A stretch of 64,000 nucleotides of DNA. Origin: the human T2T-CHM13v2.0 reference genome, Homo sapiens. This document shows positions 1-14,550 of the stretch, one piece after another (position 1 is the first letter of the stretch; every line of letters begins with the position of its first letter). The stretch lies in the NCBI RefSeq assembly GCF_009914755.1, contig NC_060934.1; one strand, given 5' to 3'. Below the pieces are notes generated by a model. It saw only the letters and a program-made list of their open reading frames with translations. It was not told the DNA's origin and ran no database searches. A program made the position numbers and the translations under genes.

Positions 1-853
1 GCAGAGTTTCCATTAAGTGTTGTTTTCATTCTCACCAAACCCATCTCGGCATCTTTGTAGCACTCAAGAAAAATGGAAACCACTAATTTCCCTGGCAGCA
101 GATAAGACCAATGAGTTATAGAATTTGGTCATTCCCGCAAGAAAGGTTTGGAAGAATTGCTTGGGAGGCTCAGGGAGGGAGAGGAGCCATCTGACTGGAG
201 GCATCTGGAAGAATTTCATGGATATACTTGAGAAGACCCTTGTGGGACAGGTGGGGTCCGCAGGTGCAGTGAAAGGCAGGCCACCTCTGTGGAGGCTACA
301 GCCTGGGAACAAGCTGTGTTCAGGGAGCAGCCTGTTGTTCCATTTGGGACCACAGCCAGGGTGTAGAGAGATGTTGGAGTGACCATTCTGGCCTTGCAGT
401 CCTTGTGCAGTGACAGGCAGGAAGCAAAGAATGAACTCTGTGGGAAATTATGGAATAAAAAGGGGTCTGCATGCAAATTGTGGGCAGCATCAATGCCAGG
501 GTCAGAAGGAGTTAAAAGCCGGCCTCTCCTAATTTTCCTGCTCGTAGGAAGCCATCTGAGATCTCTGAGGCTGATGGGCATTCTGCTTTAGGAAAATTAA
601 TCAAAAGTGAGTACTCTATGTCTTCTGGTCAACTTGAATTCTTTGTGGAGACAACTTAGTTGAGATGACTCCTCCTGGAATTCTTGGTTCTTGGGCCTCA
701 GCACTGTTTCCTCTTCCACAATTATTCTCTTGACATCTTGGAATTTAGAATGTATTAAGACATGCCGCTCATTCCCAGTCCTCCTCCCCCCACCACTCTG
801 TGCAGATCTGGGGCTAACGGGACTGTGGACCTCCTTTAAGGAAAGGTGCAGAC

Positions 854-1083
854 CAAGGATCAGCCCCCACATTTTTTTTTTTTCTATAAAGGGCAGATAG
901 TAAATAATTGAAGCTCTGTGGGCCATACAGTTTCCGCCTTTACTACTCAACTCTGCCACTGCAGTGGGAAAGCAGCCATAAACAATACATGAATGAATGA
1001 GCGTGGCTGGCTTCCAGCATAACTTTATTTATAAAAACAGCTGGTGAGCTGTATTTGGCCCGCCTCTCATAGCCTGACGACTG
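854..1083 (+). mobile_element. MER58A-like hAT-Charlie non-autonomous DNA transposon
   Basis: Follows the MER58A consensus pattern (TAAAGGG-CAGATAGTAAAT...ACTACTCAACTCTGCC...GAAAGCAGCCATA...ACTTTATTTATAAAAACAG...TTTGGCCCGC). Confidence 0.85.
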
Positions 1084-2189
1084 TTAGTGTAGACAGTCAA
1101 ACGGCTTGGGTCCCAACTGTCTTTTCAAGCCACCTTGCCTCTTGGCTCCTACACAGGCCTGTCTTGCTGCTGAGATTCAGAGAGGGGGCTAATGCTGGCT
1201 TCGCCTGTCCCCAGAGGGGTGTCAAACCTGATGATGCCACCTTGACAACCATATTGACTTGGTCCAAGCACACAGACTGTTTGAGGAGTGTAATAGAATG
1301 CAGAAATATGCCCAGAAACGTTGACTTTAAGGGCACATGTAAGTGGGCCTGGAGTTTCCATAACAGGGCCAGCACCTCCTGGTCCAACTTCTCATCATTT
1401 CACAAAAGGCCATTTGTCAGAAATTCCTTCAGTGTCCACTGTTGACATTGCTGTCACTCTCTACTGGCGAGTCCCTATCACTGATGTGACGGACAGTTTA
1501 AAACATGCTTAGAACGGCTGTCAGCCATCCTTTTGAGAAAAGCCCACCAGGACCCGATTAAAAACAGAGCTTGTAGCTGAAGCCGTTCTTGCCTTGATGA
1601 CACATAGTAAGTGGCAGGTAATCCTCCTCCTAATCTCCTCACTGCCCCACAAGGCTTATGGTAACTGATATCCCTGTGAATGCCACGGAGTCTGATTGAG
1701 TTACCTGGAGAGGCCAGGGCTTCTTCCTGCCCCTTTCCTAATGGAATGTATTTAGATAAAGGCACCTTGAAGTTGGCCACAGTCTCCTGAGATGTTGCTC
1801 TAAAGGGAAAATTTGATTTCCCCTAAGCTGCAGCCGATATTACTTTTTTATTTTCCCTGAAGCATTTCACCCAACATGCCTCGCCTGGCCATTGCACACC
1901 TGTCTACAATTACAGCCAGGGGGTGGGGCAGGGAGGACCCCTGGGGCTTAACTGCTTCCTATTGTGGCTGCAGCCTTTGATTCCAGGGTCAAAGCAACCC
2001 TTGCTGCTGGGGGATTTTACTTTCAAAATTCTGACTTTTCCCACCACGATTAAGAACTGCTTTGTAGCCTGTACTGCTGCTGACACGAAGGTTTAATGGA
2101 CCCGTTGGGATTGGAAGACCAAGTGGTTTGATTCAGTCATTTGTGAGTTTGTCCCTGCTCCTGGAGCCTCTCACTGGAGACATGGAAGG

Positions 2190-2340
2190 CAGCCCTGTGG
2201 AGCAGAAAGAGCCCTGGACTGCTCCTTGGAACCTGGCCTCTCCTCTCTGTGTCACTGACTTACTCTGGGGGTGACCTTGACCTGGTCCCTTCCCTCGGCC
2301 CATTTGCGAAACAGGGAAGCCTAGTTAAAAGATCACTCAG
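2190..2340 (+). mobile_element. MIR-family SINE fragment
   Basis: Degenerate MIR core-like sequence (GAAAGAGCCCTGGACT...GTGACCTTGA). Confidence 0.5.
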
Positions 2341-2343
2341 GTT

Positions 2344-2545
2344 TAGGGGTGCCAGACCTAGCAAATAAAAACACAGGATGCCAAGTCCAATCTGAATTTC
2401 CAATGAACAATGAATAATTGAATATTATTCAGATGAACAATGAATACTTTTTCTAGCATAAATTATGCTCCTTGCAACATCAGAGACACACTTTAAATAT
2501 TATTATTTATCCAAAATTCAAATTTAACTGAGCATACTATATTTC
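2344..2545. mobile_element. MER53 palindromic MITE (hAT)
   Basis: AGGGGTGCCAGACCTAGCAAATAAAAACACAGGATGCC...AAAATTCAAATTTAACTGAGCAT matches MER53. Contains an internal duplication of TGAACAATGAATA. Confidence 0.8.
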
Positions 2546-2724
2546 ACTCTCCTCATGTTGCTTTTACCTCAAGTAGTTTCTGAATCCATACTTTGAGATA
2601 CATATTTTTGGTTTTGCTATCCAGTGGCTTTTGGTAGCCACAAGCAAGGGATAAGTGTGAAATGTCTAGATAATTCTGAAAATGTATCTTCCCTGACTTG
2701 TACTCAAGCCCAAACCCATGTCTT

Positions 2725-2810
2725 TGGAAACATTGCTTGGTGACCGTGTCTTCAGTGCATGGTACCTGGTAGATGCTCCATGAGTACTGGCTGAATGAAT
2801 GAATGGATGG
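2725..2810 (+). mobile_element. L2 3' end
   Basis: CAGTGCATGGTAC...TGAATGAATGAATGG terminal repeat typical of L2. Confidence 0.55.
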
Positions 2811-2961
2811 CACATTTCAACCTTTGTATGACCTTCGTGTAATACATGCTTCCATTTAACAGAGCTACCAGGTCTTCCTGACACATGCCCCATCCTTTCC
2901 AGAGCACTCTGCCTTCGTTCAAGATAGTTCCTGCCCTACGAGCCAACTTTCGTCAGACAGG

Positions 2962-3161
2962 GGCAGCATTGCACAGTGGGTAGAATCATGAGCACTGGAG
3001 CCAAATGGCTTGAGGTTGATTCCTGCTTCTACCATTGTGTCCTTTTGGAGAATTTCTTTTAACTCTCTGTGCTTCTGTTTTCTCATCTATGAAAAGGGGT
3101 AAACAATAAAACCTACTAAGGCAGTTGTGAGATGAGATAATGCATAGATGTCATTATTATT
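2962..3161 (+). mobile_element. MIR SINE
   Basis: GGCAGCATTGCACAGTGG...CTCTGTGCTTCTGTTTTCTCATCTATGAAAAGGG...ATTATTATT. Confidence 0.75.
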
Positions 3162-3803
3162 TAGAATTATAAAGGTTCTTATGAGATTCCATCTGCAAAT
3201 CCTAATCCCAACCATTATACAAGGGCCACCTCCTCCATGAAGCCTCAATGGTGATCCTCTGCCCTACTCCACAGGTAAAAACAATCTCTCCCCTTAGTGC
3301 TTTGGATACAAATTAACTGTGGCTATTTCTCTGCTGTCCTACAGATTGCACGTTATTTGTGGGAAGGATCATCTGGGTGTTTACTCATTGTCTGGTGCAT
3401 AGAGGAGGCCCAAGGCATCTGTGTTGATTGAGTGAAGTAATAAATCAATTAAAACACACATTTGCTATAGGAAAGAATTCCCAGACAAGTTAGAGTATGG
3501 CATCATGATCCTAGGAGGTGTTTTTATCTGATGCTCTCACCAACTAGCTGAGAGATTTGTGCAAGGAAAGAGGGAGACCCCCAATAGAATCAGACTGCAG
3601 ATGGTACCTCTGGGGTCTGTCATGAAGGGACACAGCTTGGTAGGGGTGAAAGTAGGGGATCGAGTCCAATAGATGCAGGTGAAAACCCAGTTCTATTCTT
3701 TTACAGCTGAAGACCTCCAGAACCTTCCTTTTAGGAATAGATGGGGGAGGGCTTGGGTGTGGAAGAGAGATGAACAACTACAAGGGCTTAGCACAAAGGG
3801 TGC

Positions 3804-4163
3804 TGATATGGTTTGGCTGTGTCCCCACCCAAATCTCATCTTGAAATGTAACTCTCACAATTCCCACGTGCTGTGGGAAGAACCTGGTGGAAAGTGATTG
3901 AATAATGGGGGTGGGTCTTTCCTGCGCTGTTCTCATGATAGTGAATGAGTCTCACAAGATCTGATGGTTTTAAAAATGGGAGATTCCCTGCACAAGCTCT
4001 CTTTGCCTGCTGCCATCTGTGTAATACGCGACCTGCTCCTCCTTGACTTCTGCCATGATTATGAGGCCTCCCTAGCCATGTGGAACTGTTAAGTCCATTA
4101 AACATCTTTTTCTTCTCAATCTCGGGTATGTCTTTATCAGCAGTGTGAAAACAGACTAATCCA
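3804..4163 (+). mobile_element. THE1 (THE1C-like) ERVL-MaLR solo LTR
   Basis: TGATATGGTTTGGCTGTGTCCCCACCCAAATCTC...GACTAATCCA, with a perfect 5-bp TSD GGTGC at 3799-3803 and 4164-4168. Confidence 0.95.
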
Positions 4164-6254
4164 GGTGCTCTACAAATGTTTAAGTGTCTAGCATCAGCAA
4201 GGCCTCTGTGACGCTGGGCCTGGGGGAGCTCCACAAAAGGCTCCTGTTCATGTCTGACCACAGAATAGAAGGTGGGCCTGCAGCTGAGAGTCCTGATTCC
4301 ATTAGGCAAGGACGTCATTATCCCTAAGGTTAAGGAAAACATGAAGTCCTGGCCCACGTCCTGCAAGATGATGATGGAGAAGAGGGAACATCTCAAAGTC
4401 ACTGCCTCCCTTGCCCACACGGGCACAGACTCAGAGGCCTGGGAGCAGTGAATCCAGCAAACTCTCCCTCCCTGCTGTGCTTTTCCCATGGCTCTGAGCC
4501 TGATATATGGTGTTCACATTCCCTACCCCACCAGCTTCTCACCCCAAGGATAAAGGTCATTCTGAGCTTCAGCGGTTTGAGCTAGTAAAGATTTTTATAA
4601 AAACTCACTGTCTTGATTTGTGTTCAAGTACTTTAAAGTTCACATATTTCTTATTTGAACTTTGCTGGCTGCAGTCATTTCATCCGCAATCAGCCTGGAT
4701 TGGTTCTGCTTATTCAGAGCCCATCAATTACCCAGAACTGGACTGGAGCACACGCTGCCCATTCATTGGCTTCGCCCCAGGCTAGCCGATTTATCTGACA
4801 TTTAATAAGGAGTTTTAGATTTTGCAGCTTATCAGGAGAGCACTGCGCGAGTGCGGGTGAGCTGGTGAATCCCAAATAAGTGGGCTGCTCAGGGATCTCT
4901 CTCCTCTTCAACCCACTCTTTGTCATGCAACACTGCTCTGAGTGTTAGGATCTCCTTCCTCCTTCCTCTGCTTCTGTTGTGCCTTTTTTCTTTTCCTAAA
5001 ATTGTTTTATGGTTGGTGTTTTAAGATCCCTTTCATGTTGAGAGCCCAACCTTGGGGAGAATCCCAAATCAAGCTCTGACATAGAGAAACTGTGGAATTG
5101 CAAATCAAGATGGGGAAGCTCTATATAATGATGAAAGTTCAAGTTAACCAATAATGACCATGGAGGTGAGGAAGACAAGATCTCTGCCCTAAAGGACAGG
5201 GCACTGTGGGGTGGGAGAGCAGACATGGCATAAATCATTCAGTCCCAGACCGGCTGAGCTGAATGCTCTAATAGAGGCATAAACAGAGCATAATGGGAAT
5301 GTTCGGGGCCGGGGAGAGATTGATAATCTTGGTTTGCACCTTTTAGTTCTGGCTTAGACAATGAATGCATATTCACACATTTGACCAAGTAAGGAACTCT
5401 GATGTTTTATTAAGCTGCTTTACAGTTTCCTTCGAATAATAAGACAAATGTATTAAATCTGTTTCTCCCTTACAATGGTAAATTCCATTTTCCTGGGCAC
5501 ATTTTGTACGTTTATCCTGCCTAACTTGGGTTCTCATCCTTAAATGCTCCTTATGACAAAAGCTTCACTAAACATAAGAACACAAGTTGGAATGTGAAAT
5601 CTGTGCTCTGATCATTCAGAGCATTTTTGTGTGAAGAAGTTAATTCTTTGCTACTTTCAACACTATTTCTAGGATTTTCTTCCCTGGGATTTTCACTAAC
5701 ATTTCAGGTCTTTTTACTCACAAGTTCAACGTGTGCTCTCACATCAGCATATGAAAATCTTTTTCACTACCCTCAACAGTGGTGGTTTTTTTTTTTAAAT
5801 TTAGACACTGAATTCTAGGTTCTTTCACATGTTGCTATTATTGTCTTTCTCTTGTGTAGCTTCTGCAAAATTGGCCCCCCAGATTGTCTCCTTCTGTCTC
5901 CTAGGGAGGTGGTTAAAGATGCAGGGTCTCAGCAACCACCCCTGAGATTCTGATTAGTAGGGCCGAGATGGGGCCATGGTTCCTATGCACAGAAAAGTCG
6001 GGGGACAAGCTCTACACATTATGCCTCAACAGCCCCATCCAGCCCCAAAGTTAGTGCTGGCTCCTGCAGAGGCCTCCCCAGTGAGTGTCAGATCTGTGGC
6101 TGCAGCAGCTGCTGCAAAGCCCCTTGGATGGCCCACAAACACCCCAAACCCACCATGCCCCAAGGCAAACTCATCACCTCCTCCCCAAGTCTTGTCTACC
6201 CCATGTGCGCCATCTGTGTGGGCATCACCTATGACACAAACTTCCCTCTCTCTT

Positions 6255-6950
6255 TTCTCTGGCATCCAATCAGCTACTAAATCCTGAGATTCCATCTCAA
6301 AAAACATCTCCACCACGCCTTCTGTTCACCTCCGTGTCCATTACCACTCCCCTGGAGTAGGCTGTCAGCATCTCTCACTTCAGCTGGTCAAAGTTCCCCA
6401 CCCCATTTCTTGCTTGGCTTACTTAATTCACTATACTAAAGCCAGAGGGATTTTCTTGTTTTCTAAATGGCCAATCCAGTCTTCCTATTTGTCAGCCCAA
6501 GTGGCTCCCATTGTGCTTCAGATGGAGAGCTTCTCTCCATCACGGCTCAGAGGGCCCTCAACCTATCCGTCTCCTGCAATTCCCTATTCCGCCTCTCACT
6601 GTGCTTCATCTCCCCTTCCTGACCCGACACCCTGGGTTTCTTCCAGGACCTCACACTGCTGTGCACTCACACCTCCAGGCCTTGCATCTGCCATCTCCTT
6701 GGCCTGACCTGAGGTGCCCCTGCTTTACCTGCAAAGGAAACATGTCCTTCTTGTCTGAGAAGTCATGTCCCACCTTCCTGGGTCAGCTCCCTGGCTCCAG
6801 TCCTGGAGGAGCCTGTTTTGCCCTTAATATAGCACCTGCCCTCCATTATCAAAATTGCCTGTTGGCCTGGCCGTTATCACCGGACCACACCCTACAAAAG
6901 CAGGACCCATTGACCTGGTTCTCAGTGATGCCAACGACCCTGTCATAGTG
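6255..6950 (+). mobile_element. L2 LINE fragment
   Basis: CATCCAATCAG...AAATCCTG, GCCAGAGGGATTTTC, GTGGCTCCCATTG and CCAGGCCTTGCA motifs of the L2 3' region. Confidence 0.6.
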
Positions 6951-8132
6951 GTTGAATCATATAAACTTGCTGATTTTTTACCAACCATTTTTTTGCCTAT
7001 AAAAATGACTGTTTTGAATGGCTCAACCTAATACCTGTCATTCATAAATTTCAGTCAAATGAGAATGTAAACATAGTATCTCTTTGTTTTAATGAGAATG
7101 TCTTTGATTGTCAGTGAAGCCTAACTCTCTTAAATGGTGTAGACTTTTGAATGCAAATGTCAACTCGTTGTATGAGGCTCACAAAATGGGTGTAAAGATT
7201 CAAAATGGATTCTTTTAAGATCGATGTTCAAATCACATCTCTTATTCCGTTGGATCAGGGTTTCACACCTGAGCAGCATCGAAGGGGCCACTGAAGTGGA
7301 GCAGAGGAATCGTTTGAGGAGAATCTCAAAGAGGACTCACCTGCTTTTGTAGAATTTATGCCACGAGATTAAATGCTCAGATGATAATATTTCACAAGTT
7401 ACATGTTTGCTTATGGAATATTTTTCTCCTAGTGAAAATATGATTTGTAGATAATTACTTTAGAAACACACTTTTTATTTTCAAGATTAAACATTCCCAA
7501 TGGCCACGTTGGTCTATGGGAGATTTATTTGACTTCTGAAGATAAATAATAAATTGCCTAGTTTCAGTTGCCTTTCTTGCCCTATTCCATTTGCTGAGAA
7601 TGTGTAGATCAATGGAAACATTTTTTTCCCCTCAGATCTTAGTTAGCAAGAGGCTGCCATCTATAGATCCTTGACCCAATTGCACACTGGTTTCAGAGAC
7701 TAAAGCAGCAGGGGCATTATAGGCCTTTAAGAGTTTTATATCTTTTAACTCTGAGGATTAGGGTTTTAGGTTTTTGACAGGCTTTTATTTCTAATTTAAT
7801 TTGCTTTATTTTGCAAAGAAGCTCAAAATGCTTATTGTAAGAAAGACATAAGGGTTGTCTAGCTTCCCTTTGTGCAGATGAAGAAACGGAGGCCTGCAGA
7901 TGTCGGAGACTTGCTCTCTGGTATCATCCAGGACATTGGGGCAGAGCTAGGACCTGCAGCCAAGCTGAATGTTTATTTCCCAGGTATCCCCGCCTTCCTG
8001 ATTCAGGGAAACAAGGCTTTCTTGGCAGAGGGGTGCCAGCACCACAGATGGAGTACAGCCCAAGTTGATGCCATAGCAGCTGCGTTTCCCCACCAACGCT
8101 ACAGAGTCACTGCTATAAAGAAGAAAAATTCT

Positions 8133-8437
<305 letters not shown>

Positions 8438-8483
8438 TTTTCCTTTTCTTAAAAAACAAAAAAAACAAAAAAAACAAAAAAAA

Positions 8484-8922
<439 letters not shown>

Positions 8923-9619
8923 TAGCAACAATATTATGAAAACAGCAGTGAAGGTATCTGCTTCTAATTAAGACAAAGTGGGAGGACCACACAACTTTAA
9001 AAGTGTGTGTTATACAGAAACAAAGGGGTTTGACTGTTCCCAGCTGCCCTCAAGTTTAAATCCACCATGATCCTGCCAAAGCTGAAATGCCTGCTCCCTG
9101 CTCACTCCCAGATGCCAGACTCATCAACAAAGGCCCACTTGTTCCTTGGGATTTGTGTCTTGATGCATTCTCAAAGAGAGGTTTCCAGGGCACCAGTCAC
9201 CTGCAGCTCACCTGAAGATGGCACATGGCATGTCGCTGTGCCCCCCTCCCCATCCATGTGCTCTACCTGGCAACTTGTTTCTCCCCACCTGAAAGTTGAC
9301 CTGAGATGAAACTTGCTAAGGTAAAAATGATACTGAACACATCAGTTCAAGGGTGTCCCCCAACATGGTGGGGGACCTCTGGCCCTGACCGCTTATGGAC
9401 AGTTCCTTGTGGCTACTCCTGCACTCTGACCCCTAGAAGGGCCAGAGTCCCAGGGTGGTGGACTACAATAAACACAGGAAAGCAGTCAGCATAGAAATCC
9501 CTGTTGTGGTGCAGGTAGGCATAGCCCATGGGATCTTGCTCTCTCCCCAGTCTAAGAAAGTTGTACGTTTCAGGTCCTTTGTGGCGACAAAGCTGTACTT
9601 GGCATCTGTGTGTCTACTT

Positions 9620-10135
9620 TGTCCACAGATCCTGGCTGCTCTCCATTACCTGACCCATCCTACATCTCTGGCCCTTTCTCCTGCCCCTGCCTGTCTGGCA
9701 CCAGGCTCTCCCAGCACGGTGAGCTGAAGTGCCTGTTTCTGGATGCTCCCCCAACTCAGTTCTTCCTTTGTACCTATTGCTCCCTCTGCCCCAATAGCCT
9801 CACCTTGCCCCTGTATGCTCACCATATCCTGCTCCTCCTGTAGAACCTAGGACCACCATCATTCCTCCAGGAGCCTTCCCTGGCGTCCCACTCCTACATG
9901 GGATTGGTTGCCTTTCTTTAAGCTACCAGACTCCTATAGGCTGTGCCTCCATTTTGGTTCTTACTGTCCTGGACTTGAATTCCGTGATGGTGCTGCCATC
10001 TCTTGCATAGCATTGTGATCTCTTACAGGATAAGGACTGTGCAGATTCACCTTTCTGTTTCCAAGGTGGCCCTGGGAGCCTGCTGTGTCTTAGGTGTTTC
10101 TGAGGATTTAATGATGGAGAGAATGCATGGAACAG
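9620..10135 (+). mobile_element. L2 LINE fragment
   Basis: TCCTCCAGGAGCCTTCCCTGG and TGTGATCTCTTACAGGATAAGGACTGTG, degenerate L2 3' motifs. Confidence 0.55.
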
Positions 10136-10226
10136 CATGAACACGCCCCAGTGGGCCTTTCTCAGCAGAGACCGTGCCAGGGCAGGATTCTTTGTGTCTC
10201 AGAATTTCACTTCTGATAGCTTAAAG

Positions 10227-10442
10227 CAGAGGTTGGAAAACTCTTTCTGTAAGAGTCAGAAAGCAAATATTTTAGTTTTTGTGGGCCAGTCTCTGTCATA
10301 ACTACTTAACTCTGCCATGTAGTGTAAAAGCAGTCATAGCCAATACATATACATGTGAGCATGATTATTCCAAGAAAACTTTTTACAAACACAGGCAGAA
10401 AGCTGGATTTGGCCCAGCGCAGGGATAGTCTGCCAATCTCTG
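10227..10442 (+). mobile_element. MER58A-like DNA transposon
   Basis: CAGAGGTTGGAAAACTCTTTCTGTAAGAG...GGATTTGGCCC...TGCCAATCTCTG terminal inverted repeats. Confidence 0.85.
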
Positions 10443-10608
10443 GCTGAGGGTTTGAAATGGAACCATCTTCTATGACTGCAGGTAGATTTTCCCTTGTCGG
10501 TTGGCTTTTGTCTCTATGGCTGCTAGGGGGATCCAGGGCAGGGCAGACGAGTGTCTTACACTTGGCTTACTCTCTCCTTTTTCTTTGAGCAATCATAAGA
10601 AGGGCCTC

Positions 10609-10696
10609 TGGAGGTTGCGGTGAGCCGAGATCGCACCATTGCACTTCAGCCTGGGCAACAAGAGCGAACCTCAGTCTCAAAAAAAAAAAAAAAAAA
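10609..10696 (+). mobile_element. Severely 5'-truncated Alu (AluSp/Sq-type 3' end)
   Basis: GGAGGTTGCGGTGAGCCGAGATCGCACC...GGCAACAAGAGCGAA...polyA; 12-bp TSD AAGAAGGGCCTC at 10597-10608 and 10695-10706. Confidence 0.92.
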
Positions 10697-11189
10697 GAAG
10701 GGCCTCAGAATCTTCTTCTGACCCTCCAGGTAGCTTTCTCAGTACTTTTTGTGTCTTGTTGCCCAGATAACTAGCCCCAGGTCATTCTAAGAATGATCCA
10801 TATCCACTAGAGCTGGGAGAGATAAGCCAAGTGTCTTCTCTGGCTCTCTCGGGTCTTCTCCATATACCGCTGGTTGGGCTTTCTCTCCTCCTCCAATCTC
10901 AATCCTGATTTCCTTCCTGCATCTTCCCATGCAGAACAATGACAACCCAGATAGTCTTCCTCCCGCCAGCTAAGGCTGCATCACAAACCATTGACAAACA
11001 TCAAATGACAACAGCACTAACTTTTCTCTTGAATCTGTAATCTGCTCTACTTGGCAAAAGCTGGCAAGGCTCAAAGACTGGGGGCTGGAATCCTCTGAAG
11101 ACTCACTCACTCACTGTCTGGCACCCAGGCCAGGAAGGCTCCAAAGGCAGGCAGGGGGGCAGCTAGGATCCCCTGGATGTCTCTCTCGC

Positions 11190-12356
<1,167 letters not shown>

Positions 12357-13399
12357 CCAATCTAGCCTCAGAAGTCACATAGGATTCTTCTGGCACATTC
12401 TATTCATTGAAGTAGTCACAGAGTCCTGCCCAGGTTCAAGGGAGTCAAAATGGACTCCATGTCACAATGGGAAGTGGTGATCATCTGGAAGAGCATGTGG
12501 GCCCATTTTCTGGGATATCTTCTCTGTCACATTCCCCTTCCTGGGTCTCTGCCATATGTCTGGCACAGATGAAGAAATTCAGGTTTAGAGAGGATAAGCA
12601 GTTTATTTACCTAACTCCTCAAAAGTTACCGAGCCCAGGTCTGTCTGGCTTACAAAGTCCTCCCTGCCTCATCCTGGGACGTTTCTGTAACTGCATGTAA
12701 ACCATGCTTTGGGTGCCTCCATTATCCTCATGTCTTTAGGGAGTTCCCTGTTCTTTGATGAGAGAAACACAGATACATTCTGGTAGAGTCTAGAAGACAT
12801 GAAACTTGGGGTCCGGGCTTCCTTCTCCAGCTGGGCTCAGCTGTTGCTTAAGGTGGGAGGCAGCAACAGTGATGCTGGATGTGACACATTTATTAACTCA
12901 CCATGACAGTGATGAGCTGGTAATTAAGGCTGGTGTTCCACACAGTCTCAAACTCCCTTGTGATTCCTGGTGCAGGGTTTTATTCTCAGAAAGTCATTGT
13001 CCACAAGGAAATCTGAGAAGCCAGCAGAACAAGATTCAATGGAGGAGCAACTTCAGCATTTGCTCTGCTCTTTTCTCCAAAGCAAACTGATTAAATCACT
13101 ACCCCAAATTCTATTGTCATAAAGAGACTCAGGCTGGAGTAGGATTCTTCAATATGGGGTGGGCCAGGGAGTCATAGGTCACCAGAGTTCATCTCAGTTT
13201 ATATATAAGCTTTCTGATAGAGGCCAGGTTTTCATTTTAATCTTATTTTTAGTACATTTAACATCTCCTAAGAGGTTTATTCTTCTTTACTTCTTAAATT
13301 ATAATGTCTTTACTGTCCAGAAGGCTTTAAGGCTACTAAAGTTCAGGGGGATTATTATTTTTTAAAATAAGAATGGTTTTATAGGCTTTCAGAGATACC

Positions 13400-13530
13400 A
13401 GGGCTTTTGAAGACATCATATTGAGCTCCCCCATTTTACCAAAGAGAAAACTGAAGCTCAGAGAAGGGAAGTGACTTTCCCAAGGTCACACAGCACTGCT
13501 GTGTGGTTGCTACTTAGACCAGGGTTTTGC
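13400..13530 (-). mobile_element. MIR SINE
   Basis: CCCCATTTTACC...GAAAACTGAAGCTCAGAGAAGGGAAGTGACTTTCCCAAGGTCACACAGC. Confidence 0.75.
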
Positions 13531-14419
13531 CTGTTATGCCTCTCTTGCTATCATTTGGCCTCTGTCTAGGGACTCATGCTCTCAACTTCTGAGTTAGGTG
13601 TGTGCTTTTTCTGTTTTTTGTTTTTAGTTTTGTTTGTTTGTTTGTTTGTTTTTGGCCCAGCTGCAAGTTAGTCAGCTGCGGCTCTGAACATATTCCAGAT
13701 GATTCCAGCACTTTCTGGACCACCAAGGACCATGGTAGCAATTCATCACACTGGCCTGTGACTTCCCTTTATCGCTCTGTCAGATCGCACTGTCTTTTGT
13801 GCTGCCACTGGGTGATGAGTCTGGTGTGTGGCTGAAGAAGTGGTCTGACCCAAGAGCATGGGGACCACAGTTTAGGTCCTCCTGACTCTGCCATGGCCCC
13901 ACCTCAGTACCTGGGCCCAGGACTTGCGAGCGCTGGTGTTTGACTGACTGTCTGGTTGAAGAAGGCCTCCTCCTAGGCTGCCTCATTCCCTTCTCCTTTC
14001 CTCCTGGGCAGCCATCATGCTGTGGCCACCACACTCTCCTCCCCACCTGCTAAGTATGGCAGCCAGCCTGTACCTCCTCACCAGCCCTAACAGGGGTCTT
14101 GGACTTCCTGAATTCCAGCAGGAAATGTAAAATGTGATTCACCTGGCACTGGTTCTTGATAGCACAATCTTTCTCCCAGTTTGTCTGATTTGATGATGAT
14201 GAAGAAGAAGGAGGAGGAAAAGGAGAAGGAAAAGAAAACACAGGCCCCATGTTCTACCCCTTACATATAAGAACTTTTAATTCCAGGACTTCAGCATCTC
14301 TGGAAAATTCCTGGCACCCTTCCCTTGACTTATTGACCTTTCTTATTTCCCACCCGGCTGGTGTTTCTCAAAGCCTGATCCTCATATGTCTTTTTCTTCT
14401 GTATCTGAATGGTCTGGGA

Positions 14420-14550
14420 TATGTTTTAAAATGTAGGTTCCTGAGCCCCATCTATGACCTAACACATCAGACTTTGTGAGGATGGAGCCCAGAAACCTGC
14501 AGTCTAAGCTTCTCAGGTGATTCTTAAGCACCTAGAGCTTGAGACTGTGG
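14420..14550. mobile_element. MER5-family hAT-Charlie fragment
   Basis: TTAAAATGTAGGTTCCTGAGCCCC...GGAGCCCAGAAACCTGCA...CAGGTGATTCT. Confidence 0.65.

Noticed and set aside
3836-4489. 217-aa minus-strand ORF
   Set aside because: The C-terminal half is antisense THE1 LTR translation (same peptide as 50799-51041); no protein family recognised.
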